64,000 nucleotides of DNA, from the NCBI GenBank assembly GCA_910587795.1, contig CAJUNH010000002.1:67346-131345 (forward strand), given 5' to 3'. Shown here in pieces: positions 7,323 to 17,318 of this stretch. How positions within the stretch are numbered: the first letter of the stretch is position 1; the number at the start of each line of letters is the position of its first letter. The notes under the pieces are model-generated. The model did no database searches and had not been told where the DNA came from. It saw nothing but the letters and a program-made list of their open reading frames with translations. Made by a program: the position numbers and the translations under genes. The stretch is from an uncultured Christensenellaceae bacterium (lineage in GTDB: Bacteria; Bacillota; Clostridia; Christensenellales; CAG-314).

Positions 7323-10300
7323 CTAATCTTCTACAAAGGTTACTTGACGGGACAAGTCTTTTCCAAAGTCTTCCAAACGATACCTAAACGCATACGTATT
7401 GCCGTCTTCGTCGTAGGCAATCATCATCAATGCGTTTTCCACTGCGTAAGCGTCGTTGATGATACCTGTAGAACTATCCTTATTGTGCGCCACTTGTACG
7501 CGTAACGAAGCAAACGTCAGTTTTTTGCCCGTAATTAATCCGTAGAAATTTGTATTGTTGAGGATTGTTTGAACCTGAGGATTATTTATATCGGTGTACT
7601 CGTAAATCAATCCGCGGTAATCGCCTATATCTCCGCCTACTTCTGCAAACTTAGTAAAGTCCAACTTAGACAATAAGCTAAACGGCAAGTCCATTGTAAA
7701 TGCCTTTTTGCTAACGCCTGCGGGCGTTGTGGTAACAAGAGTGCCCGAAAGCTTTCCTAGCTGTACTTTAAACGTAAACACGTATTTTTCCAAGATGTCC
7801 GTATCGTTAGAGGACATACCGTCGGGTTTGTACAGCGCAAAACGGAATTTGCCCGTGTTGGTATTCTTATCGTACTTAAAGTTAAGGCTTGCAAGCGCGC
7901 TTGCCAAATCCTTATTTTGATTGCGCGTGTTTTCGTAAAGCGTTTCGGGAGTGACCTCGTTGCCGTTAATGACGTAGCACAGATCCACCGACTGCGTGTT
8001 AAAGCTCATACCAAAGGATTGTTCAAAAGTTATTTGGTTAAGCAAACGCTTTACGTAGCTTTCGCCGACGTACGGAGTGTACGTAACTTCCGCGGCGCGG
8101 CTGTCCAACATTGTGCTGCCGCCCTTTGCGTAAACGCGTACAAGATACGTGCGTCCGACAGGGAAATCGCTTGCGGCAAAAGTAAGCGTTTGAGATGAGA
8201 TGTCGTAAACCTTTGTTGCTACGTCTGCCGGTTTGGTATTAGTAACCGCATACACTTCCACACGGTAATTGCTGCTGTCTCCCGTAATGGTCAGCGTGCT
8301 TGCCGCAAGGTCTATTGTAACTTGCGGAGTTGCCACGCGGGAAAGCTTGCACAATTCGATATCCAGTTTTGCCGACTCGGGGGCGTTAATCCAGTTAACG
8401 TTGTCGCCCACGGCAACAAGAGATATTGTGTAATTGTACAGCTGATCGTCGAGAACAAGCGTTGCGTCGAGCTCTTTAAGATTGGTTCCGCTTGTTACGT
8501 TGGGATACGACTTAATAAGTTCGCAGTCCAGTCCGTTTTTGCGGTAAACGTTAAGAATGTAGCCGGATGCGTTTGCAATATCGTCAAAGACCAAAACGCC
8601 GTTGTCGTCCACGCTGAAATAATAGTTGTTGCTTAGTTGATGTTTAAGCGTAGAGGGACGCTCTGCGTCCGGATTTTTAATTACGGAAGGCAACGTGAAG
8701 GAAACCGTATCGTAATTAAATCGGGAATATCCGCTAAACGGCTTGTAGTGTTCGCCGCCGGAACCTCTTACGTGAATATTTCCGGAATAGTAAATTTCGT
8801 ACAGCTTACCCGATGAAAGTTCCACCGAAACAAATTCCAGTTCCACCGTCCAACGGTAAGAGTTGTTAAACCCTAAGCTGCTGCCCGCCTGACGTTCCAA
8901 ATAATTTTCCGATCCGGAATAACGCGCTATTACCGCAGAAAGCTGTTCCATATAATCCGCTTTGCCGTAGTATTTGCCGTCCTTTCCTTCGTAGAACCAG
9001 TTTGCGCTGAGCATTTGGTTAATGGGCAGAATCCAACTTATCCATTCGTTGTATTTTTCCACGTCGTCGTCGACAAACGCGCTGTCTAACGGATATACCG
9101 TGTACGTACCGTTACTGCCCTTGTATGCAACGTACGGATTACCGCCTACAAAATATATATAATGGTCGCCCGTAATCCAGGTTACGTTATTTGTATGTTT
9201 GTAAACGTCGGCATGTTCGCCGAACACTCCGCCTAACTCGTCGTAGTCGTCGTAAACAAATTTGTCGGTGTAAGTAAAGTTACTGCCCGTGGCTGTAAGC
9301 GCAGCGCTAAGTCTGTCCAAACTTCCGTCCGTCTTTGCTTCGCCGGGGGCGATAAACTGTTCCTGAGCTTTTTGCGGAATTGCAACTTCGTTAGGATTTT
9401 GATTAAGAATAACGACTTCCTTGACGTAGTATTCCAACCAACCGTCATAGTCCTCGATATAGCTTGCCGCAACAACCTTAACAACCTTGCCGCCGTTCAT
9501 ATAAATACGGATATAGGCGTACGTTTCGGTTTCTTCCGCTTCGGGATACACTAAGTCCAAATCGCCGAAAATCAACTGTCCCAAAGCCTTAGTTGCAGCA
9601 GCCGTACCGTTAAACTCAAAGTATCCGCCCGTTGCACTGAACTCAAACTTATCTACGTATTCCGCCATCAGTTTAAGCAACGGAGCAGGTTGCGTGCAGT
9701 TGTAAAGTATTGCTCCGCCCGCTTCGATACCTAACAAATACTGATTGTAGTTATAATTGTTTTTGTAACTGTACAGATTGCAATATACGTCGTAGCCGTA
9801 ATTGCTGTTGGGTACTGCCAAGAACAATGCGCCCGTTGCAGAATCGTACTGATAGTAGCAGGTTTTGTTATCTATTACAACACTGCCGAAATTATCGTGA
9901 TTGTGCATTGTGTGAATAATTGAGGACGTTTGACCGTAGAAATTACTTGCCATTGTGTAATAACCTGTAAATACGGTTAAATCCCTTAATGCCTGCGCAA
10001 GCTGCTCTTTGGTGTATGCCACGCCGTCGCTCACGACGTTGTTACGGTTGGGGTCGTTGGGGTCCAGTATAGGATATAACGACGCGGCGCCGGGGTCTTC
10101 TTTATCCAAAAGTTCTTTAAATTCCGTTTTAAGATTTTTTAATACCGTCACGTCGCCGATACCGCTGACGGAAATACTATGCTTGTAGTAATAGTACGTA
10201 ACAGCAACGCCCGTACCGCCGATAGAGGTTGTGTCCGTAACTACGGAATCCGCCTCGATACCGATTAATACGCCTTGTTCGTTAAAGATAAGCGCAAAAG

Positions 10301-11777
10301 ACGTGTACGTACAATCGAAATCGCCCGTATAGCCTGACGTATTACCCAAAACAAGCTGTCCGGCTTCGTCGGCATAATTTATTTCGTCATTGTTAATTGC
10401 GTTCCATTTGCCGTCGTAATAATAGAATTTGGACGGGTCCAAAGTTGCAATTTTGTTTGCGGTAATAATATAAAAGTAGTCCGCAAGTTTACTTTCGGCA
10501 ATCGTGTTAAACGAGTATCCGCCTGACGGCGTTTGTTGGAAAATAGTAAAACTGCCTTCGTCGTAGGAAAACGCATAAGTATTTAACAGCAGCAACTCTC
10601 CGGTAGAAGAATCGACATAAAAATTACCGTCCTCGTCCTGTGCGGGTCCGCGCATACCGATAGATTCGCCGTCGTATGCAAGACCGTTTTTCATTGCCCA
10701 AACAAGATGTTCCGCGTCGTTTTCGTCCAGTACGGTTACACGCGTATTGTACAAAGCATTAAAATTTACAAAGTTTACTTTTTCCATTAAAGCTTTAATC
10801 TGCGCTTTGCTGTCTTCCGTAATATTAAATTGCGGAGTCCATTTTGCGTATAAAGTAACGTTATTCGTAGGCTCGTACGGGAAAGTTACCGCTTTGCCTG
10901 TTAAAGCTTCGTTGGCGAACCAACCTTCAAACGTAGCGTTTTCCTTAGTAGTTACGGGAGACTCAGCTATTACGTCCTCCGCTTTTACCGTTATATCCGC
11001 TACCGGCGTACCGCCGTTGGTGTTAAACGTAACGGTAAATTCTTCCTGTTCCACCACCCTCCATTTAGCGTACAGAGTACAGTCGCTCTGCGGATAAAAC
11101 GGGAACGTTACGGGGGAACCCTCACATTGTTCAGTCAAATACCAACCCGCAAATTCGTAATCCGCACGAACGGTTACGGGAGAAGTTTCTATTACCGAAA
11201 CGGTTTGAGCGACAACCGTAGTACCGCCCATAACGTTAAACCTTACGGTGTACTTCTGCGCGGGCGTTTCTCCCAAGCTCCACTTTGCATACAGCGTTAC
11301 ATCTTTTGTTACAGCGTAGGGAAAGGCAATAGCTTTGCCGCTTAATTCTTCATTTTCAAACCATCCCTCAAACGTATAACCCTCGCGCTCGGTTTTGGGC
11401 TCGGCGGTAATTTCCGCCGTATTCTGTGCGGGAACACGGGTGCCGCCGTTTGTTTCAAATTCTACAATGTGTTTTTCCGCAGGATTAGGAGACGTGCCTA
11501 CGGGAGACCATTTTGCGTACAAAGTTATATCCGCCGTTACAACGTACGGGAAAGTAACCGGACTGCCAGCCAATGCCTTGTTGTCGAACCAGCCTTCAAA
11601 CATATAACCTTCGCGCTCGGTTTCGGGCGTTATGCTGATAAGTCCCGTCTTTTGCGCTTCCACAGCGGTACCGCCGTTTGTTTCAAACGTGACTGTATAA
11701 ACGGCATTGCACGCCGCAATAACAAGCGACAGACACATAACGACAGTCAAAACCGCAATTAGTAATTTTTTATTCAT
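7323..11777 (-). CDS. Large lipoprotein (1484 aa): four N-terminal Listeria-Bacteroides repeats followed by about 1150 aa of repeated modules of unknown fold
   Basis: AGGAGG RBS and lipobox IAAC. Four repeats of the form ...TNGGT...REGY(T/M)FEGWF...TLYAKW. Later modules end in motifs such as SRFNYDTVSFTLP. Confidence 0.85.
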   Translation of the reverse strand: MNKKLLIAVLTVVMCLSLVIAACNAVYTVTFETNGGTAVEAQKTGLISITPETEREGYMFEGWFDNKALAGSPVTFPYVVTADITLYAKWSPVGTSPNPAEKHIVEFETNGGTRVPAQNTAEITAEPKTEREGYTFEGWFENEELSGKAIAFPYAVTKDVTLYAKWSLGETPAQKYTVRFNVMGGTTVVAQTVSVIETSPVTVRADYEFAGWYLTEQCEGSPVTFPFYPQSDCTLYAKWRVVEQEEFTVTFNTNGGTPVADITVKAEDVIAESPVTTKENATFEGWFANEALTGKAVTFPYEPTNNVTLYAKWTPQFNITEDSKAQIKALMEKVNFVNFNALYNTRVTVLDENDAEHLVWAMKNGLAYDGESIGMRGPAQDEDGNFYVDSSTGELLLLNTYAFSYDEGSFTIFQQTPSGGYSFNTIAESKLADYFYIITANKIATLDPSKFYYYDGKWNAINNDEINYADEAGQLVLGNTSGYTGDFDCTYTSFALIFNEQGVLIGIEADSVVTDTTSIGGTGVAVTYYYYKHSISVSGIGDVTVLKNLKTEFKELLDKEDPGAASLYPILDPNDPNRNNVVSDGVAYTKEQLAQALRDLTVFTGYYTMASNFYGQTSSIIHTMHNHDNFGSVVIDNKTCYYQYDSATGALFLAVPNSNYGYDVYCNLYSYKNNYNYNQYLLGIEAGGAILYNCTQPAPLLKLMAEYVDKFEFSATGGYFEFNGTAAATKALGQLIFGDLDLVYPEAEETETYAYIRIYMNGGKVVKVVAASYIEDYDGWLEYYVKEVVILNQNPNEVAIPQKAQEQFIAPGEAKTDGSLDRLSAALTATGSNFTYTDKFVYDDYDELGGVFGEHADVYKHTNNVTWITGDHYIYFVGGNPYVAYKGSNGTYTVYPLDSAFVDDDVEKYNEWISWILPINQMLSANWFYEGKDGKYYGKADYMEQLSAVIARYSGSENYLERQAGSSLGFNNSYRWTVELEFVSVELSSGKLYEIYYSGNIHVRGSGGEHYKPFSGYSRFNYDTVSFTLPSVIKNPDAERPSTLKHQLSNNYYFSVDDNGVLVFDDIANASGYILNVYRKNGLDCELIKSYPNVTSGTNLKELDATLVLDDQLYNYTISLVAVGDNVNWINAPESAKLDIELCKLSRVATPQVTIDLAASTLTITGDSSNYRVEVYAVTNTKPADVATKVYDISSQTLTFAASDFPVGRTYLVRVYAKGGSTMLDSRAAEVTYTPYVGESYVKRLLNQITFEQSFGMSFNTQSVDLCYVINGNEVTPETLYENTRNQNKDLASALASLNFKYDKNTNTGKFRFALYKPDGMSSNDTDILEKYVFTFKVQLGKLSGTLVTTTPAGVSKKAFTMDLPFSLLSKLDFTKFAEVGGDIGDYRGLIYEYTDINNPQVQTILNNTNFYGLITGKKLTFASLRVQVAHNKDSSTGIINDAYAVENALMMIAYDEDGNTYAFRYRLEDFGKDLSRQVTFVED
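10832..11705 (-). repeat. Four tandem intragenic Flg_new-type repeat units (about 70-90 codons each)
   Basis: Protein repeats are VYTVTFETNGG..LYAKWSP, HIVEFETNGG..LYAKWSL, KYTVRFNVMGG..LYAKWRV and EFTVTFNTNGG..LYAKWTP. DNA-level similarity is visible around the LYAKW-coding ends. Confidence 0.8.
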
Positions 11778-11785
11778 AATTCCTC

Positions 11786-14692
11786 CTAAGCAACCGCTTC
11801 GTCCGCAGTAAGCACGGTTGTACCGTAATCGCTAAACGTTGCGCTGACAGACATTTCGTCTGCATACAAAGTTACCTTTGTTACTTTTCCGTCCTCTACC
11901 GTAACGGAAACTCCTTTAAAACCGCCGAACTCTATTTGTGTGGATTCCTTATACAAATCTGCAAAATTATAGTAGTATTGTGCAAATTCCAAAATCTGTT
12001 CGTTGGTCAGTTTCCAACTATAACTGCCGTTTAAAGTATTGTATTTTGCGCTAGACACGTCCAGTTTTGTAAAATCGAACGTAAGCACAAGCTGTTCAAA
12101 CGCCTGAGTCAAATTTTCCGTTTCCTGTCCTAATTTTTTAAACCAAGCGCCGTCTTTAAATATATAGTCGGTTTGCACGTATTGATATTGGTTTTCCAAA
12201 TGTTCCAATGCCGCAGCTCCGTCGCCGTCAAACTTAAAGATAGATTCGCTTACCGATTCCGTAATAGTAACGTTAGCAAAGTTTTCCGATTTAAGCGCGT
12301 TGTTAAGTTCCGTAGTTTGGTCTGCGGTTAAGTTTTCCAACTGTTCGTCCACTGGCAGCGTTACCGCAGCGGTATCGAAATCCTTATACGTCAGCGTGCA
12401 TTGCTTGTAAACCTCTTTGTCTTTTGCTGTTGTTCCGTGTAAAACAAAGTATATTTCGGTAACGTTATTGTCTGCGTCCAAAGTTACTACACAGGTTTGC
12501 AGAGTTACGTTTAAAAAGTCGCTGCCTTCCAAAGACATTATTTGATTGATAAGCGCGTAAGCTTCGGCAAGTTTATCCGCTTTGACAATGTATTTATCGC
12601 CGAGTTTGCCGAACAAGTCCGCCTTTAATGCGATTGAAGCAACGGATATATAATTACCGTTTTGCCAACTTATATAATCAACGTCCGTAGCTGTGCCGTA
12701 GATATAGTCCGTACCGACCATTTGATACGTTGCCAGCGAGCCTTGAAGCTGCTTTATGTAATACTCCGCCGACTCGTAAATCCATTCTTCTTCTACAGTT
12801 TCGCCGGTAACAGGATCTTTACCGCTTAAAATTGCCCACTCCTTATAGTTGTGATATCCCTTTTGAGAGGTACTGTCGAACACGCCGAAGTAAGTATTTA
12901 TAAAGTAAGCCGCACCGCTGTCGATGTTGTAACCGTAGCTTATTTTGTCATAAGTTTTTGCCAACGCCGACGTTAAATTCGCCGTTTCGTCCGCCGTTAA
13001 GTCGGTTGCCTGCGAAGGATCGGGAAAATCGGGTTTTTCCGCCGGAGCAACGTATTTTTCCGCTTCGGGGATTTCCACCGCGGTATTATTAAAGTCCTCC
13101 CAATTATAGGTTACGATAACTCTAAAATCGCCTTGATCGTCCGTATCCGTATATGTAATTTTTAGCTCGGTGATGTTTGTTCCGTCGGTTTTAATTATAA
13201 CGCTTTCGGGAGAAGCGGTTTGTAAATCCAAAAATTCTCCAGCGACGGTGTTAAGATAGCGATTGCTGGCTTTGTAGGTGTTTTCGCCTGCTTTTTCAAA
13301 CATACCGTAAGTTAAAGCGCTTGATACGTCCGCCATTGTAAACATATATGGAGCTATATCGTCCTTTATGGCTTGATCGAAATCCGTAATTTGATAGTAC
13401 CATTTGCTGTTTTCAGTGTTTTGGTACACTATACGTATGGTCTGTGCAGCCGCGTCTACATCCAGATAGTAATTTTCGTCTACGTCCGGTTCGCTTAGCG
13501 ACGGAATATGATACGCGTGACGTACAAAGTAACTTGAACCCTGAACGGACTCCTCTTGCAATATCCAAGCTCCGTCTTCGGGGACTTCGTACTTATATGT
13601 AAATTTAAGCGAAGCGTATTGCTTTTTAAACATTGCTTCCAGCGCTTTGCCTTCCGTCTCGTTAAGATTAGGTGAATTTACGTATGTTACGGTTGCCTCG
13701 CATGTATAATCGCGCGATTGATATTTAAAAGTAAGCTTATATTTACATTCGCCCTCGGCAGAAGGGTTTCCGCTTATAAGCTCCGCCGTAATTTGCGGAT
13801 TAGACACCGTACTGCCGTTTACAATGGGGATTGCTTTTGCCGCCCAGTCGATATCCTGACCGATATAAGCCGTAAACGGGTCGCAGCCGAACAAAACCTT
13901 TGATTCCTCTACATATTGAACTTTTACGGACTGTGTATATTCCGTACCTTCGTACTTAAAGGTAAGTACGTACTCCGCCACGCCCGATACGGATTCGCTG
14001 CCGACATCCAGTTTCGCAGTAATCTGCGGGTTAGATACGGGAACGCCGTTTACCGTAACCGTCACGTTAGCCGCCCAGTCGGGAGTTGTTCCCAACTGCA
14101 CCGTTAAAACGGGACAGGATATTACTACTGCGGGATTGCTTGCAGAGGAAGTGTAAGTTACGGCGATATTGCCAGAAGTATACGTTTGTCCGTCTATTTG
14201 TACGCTCAGTCTGTACGTACATTGTCCCGCAACGGCAGGGTCTCCGCCGACAAGTTTAGAGGTAAATTGCAAACCCGACGTTACCGTTCCGTCCACCGTT
14301 ACCGTTACAAAGTTAGACCAATCTATATTTTGACCGACGTTAACTTGTATCGTCGCCGCGTCAAACCGTACATCGTGGGTTGCAATGAAAAATTCCACCG
14401 AAGCGGTTGTAGTATAAGATTGGTTATTGTAGACGTAAGTTAATATATACGTCGCTTTGCCCGCTTTAGAAGGATCGCCGCTTTTAAGGTCGGCGGAAAT
14501 TTCGGGGTTATCCGCTTTGACGTCGTCCACCGTTACCGTTACGTAATCTTTCCAGTTTACGTCAGCGCCGACAGGCAATTTTATTTCGTCGCAAGTTATC
14601 TTTACTTTGTGTATTTCTTCCGTACACGCCGCAAAACACAATGCCGCGCACAGCAACATAACCAACAATACGATTATCAGTTTTTTCTTCAT
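11786..14692 (-). CDS. Large lipoprotein (968 aa): four Ig-like repeats followed by three modules of about 200 aa of unknown fold
   Basis: GGAGAGG RBS and lipobox FAAC. The three distal modules end TYNWEDFNNTAVEIP, TYKDFDTAAVTLP and TFSDYGTTVLT. Confidence 0.85.
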   Translation of the reverse strand: MKKKLIIVLLVMLLCAALCFAACTEEIHKVKITCDEIKLPVGADVNWKDYVTVTVDDVKADNPEISADLKSGDPSKAGKATYILTYVYNNQSYTTTASVEFFIATHDVRFDAATIQVNVGQNIDWSNFVTVTVDGTVTSGLQFTSKLVGGDPAVAGQCTYRLSVQIDGQTYTSGNIAVTYTSSASNPAVVISCPVLTVQLGTTPDWAANVTVTVNGVPVSNPQITAKLDVGSESVSGVAEYVLTFKYEGTEYTQSVKVQYVEESKVLFGCDPFTAYIGQDIDWAAKAIPIVNGSTVSNPQITAELISGNPSAEGECKYKLTFKYQSRDYTCEATVTYVNSPNLNETEGKALEAMFKKQYASLKFTYKYEVPEDGAWILQEESVQGSSYFVRHAYHIPSLSEPDVDENYYLDVDAAAQTIRIVYQNTENSKWYYQITDFDQAIKDDIAPYMFTMADVSSALTYGMFEKAGENTYKASNRYLNTVAGEFLDLQTASPESVIIKTDGTNITELKITYTDTDDQGDFRVIVTYNWEDFNNTAVEIPEAEKYVAPAEKPDFPDPSQATDLTADETANLTSALAKTYDKISYGYNIDSGAAYFINTYFGVFDSTSQKGYHNYKEWAILSGKDPVTGETVEEEWIYESAEYYIKQLQGSLATYQMVGTDYIYGTATDVDYISWQNGNYISVASIALKADLFGKLGDKYIVKADKLAEAYALINQIMSLEGSDFLNVTLQTCVVTLDADNNVTEIYFVLHGTTAKDKEVYKQCTLTYKDFDTAAVTLPVDEQLENLTADQTTELNNALKSENFANVTITESVSESIFKFDGDGAAALEHLENQYQYVQTDYIFKDGAWFKKLGQETENLTQAFEQLVLTFDFTKLDVSSAKYNTLNGSYSWKLTNEQILEFAQYYYNFADLYKESTQIEFGGFKGVSVTVEDGKVTKVTLYADEMSVSATFSDYGTTVLTADEAVA
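13672..14611 (-). repeat. Four tandem Ig-like repeat units (about 78-85 codons each) in the 968-aa lipoprotein
   Basis: Each unit has the pattern ..G..(I/V)(D/N)W...V(T/P)(V/I)(T/V)V(D/N)G..V..P(Q/E)I(T/S)A.L..G.....G...Y.L(T/S)..Y....Y. Confidence 0.7.
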
Positions 14693-14702
14693 AACCTCTC
14701 CT

Positions 14703-14963
14703 TTACCTCATCAGCAAATACAATATTACGGCGGCTATACCGAAAGCAACAACGAATATCAATAAAATAGGCAGATAAACTCTGTACGCCGCGCCTATCA
14801 TAGCGCGTTTTTCTTTGCGCGTTAGTTTTACGCGTTTTTTGCGTTCCTCGGCGCGCTGTTCGGCTTGTTCGGGAGTTAACCCTTCCAAACCCGCCATAGA
14901 GTATATCGTTTCGCCGTCGTCTTCGCGGTACACTGCTTTAATTTTTTTGTTTTTCTTTTTCAT
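14703..14963 (-). CDS. Small membrane protein (86 aa): basic N-terminus, single C-terminal TM helix
   Basis: The ORF overlaps the oppF 3' end by 26 nt. TM segment YLPILLIFVVAFGIAAVILYLLM. The RBS is weak (GGTAG), so coding status is less certain. Confidence 0.5.
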   Translation of the reverse strand: MKKKNKKIKAVYREDDGETIYSMAGLEGLTPEQAEQRAEERKKRVKLTRKEKRAMIGAAYRVYLPILLIFVVAFGIAAVILYLLMR

Positions 14964-15975
14964 TATCTACCGTATCAAACTTGTGGCAAGCCACGTAGTG
15001 ACCTGCGCTTACCTCGAAATACTGCGGAGGCTGTTTTTTGCATTGTTCGGTACAATATTTACAGCGTGTGTGAAATTTGCAGCCCTCGGGCGGATTTGCA
15101 GGACTGGGAAGTTCGCCCTCCAACGCTTCGGGATTGGACTTTTTATGCGGATTTGCAATGGGAACGGCGGAAAACAAGGCTTGCGTATACGGGTGAGACG
15201 CATGATTGCAAATATCGTCCGTTGTCCCGATTTCCACGATATTACCCAAATACATTACCGCTATTGTGTCCGAAATATATTTTACTACGGACAAGTCGTG
15301 CGAAATAAACATATAGGACATGTTTTCTTCGCGCTGTAACTTTTTAAGCAGATTTATCACCTGCGCCTGAATAGAAACGTCCAAAGCGGAAACAGGCTCG
15401 TCGCAGATAACCAACCTGGGCTTAACCGCAAGAGCGCGCGCAATACAAATACGCTGACGCTGACCGCCGCTGAACTCGTGCGGGTAACGGTCAAAATAAT
15501 GTTCCTGCAATCCGCAGCGTTTCATAACGCCTATTACGTATTCTCTCACTTCTCCTTTGGGTACGATATTGTGAGTTCTAACGCCTTCGCTGATTATTTC
15601 GCCCACAGTCATACGGGGAGGCAGCGACGAATACGGATCCTGAAAAACATATTGCAAATGCGTGCGCAGCGGCTGTAAGTCTTTGCGTTTGATAGTTGCC
15701 AGTTCGTGCTCGAAACCGTCCTGTTCGACGTAAACAGCCGAACCTTCGGTAATATCGTACAAGCGCAATATAGTACGCCCCAAAGTAGTTTTACCGCAAC
15801 CGGACTCGCCTACGATACCTATCGTTTTGCCGCGTTCCAAATTAAACGTAACGCCGTCAACTGCGCGCAAATATCCGGCGGGCTTGCCGAACATACTTTT
15901 ACCGACGGGAAAGTATTGCTTTAAGTTGGAAACTTTTAATATGTAATCCTTGTTTTGATTGTTTCGTTCGCTCAT
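14938..15975 (-). CDS. oppF: Oligopeptide/dipeptide ABC transporter ATP-binding protein (OppF-type)
   Basis: Walker A GESGCGKT, signature FSGGQRQR, Walker B LVICDEPVSALD, H-loop ISHDL, and a Cys-rich C-terminal oligopeptide-type domain (CKFHTRCKYCTEQC). Confidence 0.9.
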   Translation of the reverse strand: MSERNNQNKDYILKVSNLKQYFPVGKSMFGKPAGYLRAVDGVTFNLERGKTIGIVGESGCGKTTLGRTILRLYDITEGSAVYVEQDGFEHELATIKRKDLQPLRTHLQYVFQDPYSSLPPRMTVGEIISEGVRTHNIVPKGEVREYVIGVMKRCGLQEHYFDRYPHEFSGGQRQRICIARALAVKPRLVICDEPVSALDVSIQAQVINLLKKLQREENMSYMFISHDLSVVKYISDTIAVMYLGNIVEIGTTDDICNHASHPYTQALFSAVPIANPHKKSNPEALEGELPSPANPPEGCKFHTRCKYCTEQCKKQPPQYFEVSAGHYVACHKFDTVDNEKEKQKN

Positions 15976-15992
15976 TGTTTTCTCGTAATATA

Positions 15993-17312
15993 TTATTTTT
16001 TATACAAATGACAAAATACGCTGTGAGTATCGGTCACTTTTATTTCCTGAGGATATTCCCCTTCGCATTTACCGCAGCGGCGGTTGCATCTATCCTTAAA
16101 CAAACACTCGTTAGGCATATTTATAGGGTTAGGCACGTTGCCGGGTATACTGTACAAATCCGCGCCGATATCCGATTCGAACGTGGGCTTTGCCTTTTGT
16201 ATACCCATTGTGTACGGATGCAACGGGTTATCGAAAATTTCGTAAACCGTACCCTTTTCCACAATTTTTCCCGCATACATAACCACAACGTAATCCGCCA
16301 TTTCGGCGACAACGCCCAAATCGTGGGTAATAAGCAGCACCGACGCGTTACATTGTTTCTGCACGTTTTTTATAAGCTGCAATATCTGGCTTTGAATGGT
16401 AACGTCCAACGCCGTAGTCGGTTCGTCGGCAATAATCAGTTTGGGGTTGCCCGTTAAGGCTATCGCTATCATTACTCTCTGGCGCATACCTCCCGACAGC
16501 TGATGAGGATAATAGTCTATTATCGTTTCCGGCATAGGAATACCCACAAGTTTAAGCATTTTAATTGCTTTTGCGCGGGCTTGCTCCTTAGTTGCCAAAG
16601 GATGCAGCAAGTACACCACTTCCTCTATTTGATAGCCGATTGTGAACACGGGGTTAAGACTGGTCATCGGCTCTTGGAATATCATAGAAATATCCTTACC
16701 GCGTACGCGCGCCATATCCTCCGTGGGCATTTTTGCAATGTCGTAGACCGTTTCCGCCGTCTCGTAAACAAACATACCGTCGTCGTTTACCTCGCGTATC
16801 GGCTCGGTTACGGGCTTGCCTTCTTTATTCAAAACGGGATTGCCGTGTTTGTCTAATTTAGGCTGTGTAATAATTTCGCCGTTTTCGTTCCGTTTGTACA
16901 CAGGTATACGTTTGCCGCGGTCGTCCGTTCGGTAATCGTTTGCCGCAAATCGGATTTCGCCGTCCACAACCTGACCTTGCGGAGCCTGCACGAGCTGCAT
17001 AATAGACAAACTCGTAACGCTTTTGCCGCAGCCCGATTCGCCTACTAAGCCCACTATGGAATTTTGCGGAATATCAAAACTTATGCCGTTGACGGACTTG
17101 ACTACGCCGTTATCCGTAAAGAAATAGGTGTGCAGATTTTCCACTTCCAACACGTTGTCGGGGTTTTTCATCTGCGCGGTAAAGTGTTCCGCCGATACGC
17201 GCTTGCGTTTGATTTTTTCCAAACGTTTCATTTCGCGCATATTGCTTTTTAATATGGCGCGGCTTTCCTTTATAGTTAAATTGTAAGGATTTTTTGCTTT
17301 TTCGTTTTTCAT
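15993..17312 (-). CDS. oppD: Oligopeptide ABC transporter ATP-binding protein (OppD-type) with an N-terminal extension and an internal insertion
   Basis: Walker [34 protein letters not shown]. About 118 aa separate Walker A from the MIFQEP Q-loop. Confidence 0.9.
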   Translation of the reverse strand: MKNEKAKNPYNLTIKESRAILKSNMREMKRLEKIKRKRVSAEHFTAQMKNPDNVLEVENLHTYFFTDNGVVKSVNGISFDIPQNSIVGLVGESGCGKSVTSLSIMQLVQAPQGQVVDGEIRFAANDYRTDDRGKRIPVYKRNENGEIITQPKLDKHGNPVLNKEGKPVTEPIREVNDDGMFVYETAETVYDIAKMPTEDMARVRGKDISMIFQEPMTSLNPVFTIGYQIEEVVYLLHPLATKEQARAKAIKMLKLVGIPMPETIIDYYPHQLSGGMRQRVMIAIALTGNPKLIIADEPTTALDVTIQSQILQLIKNVQKQCNASVLLITHDLGVVAEMADYVVVMYAGKIVEKGTVYEIFDNPLHPYTMGIQKAKPTFESDIGADLYSIPGNVPNPINMPNECLFKDRCNRRCGKCEGEYPQEIKVTDTHSVFCHLYKK

Positions 17313-17318
17313 CGCGTT

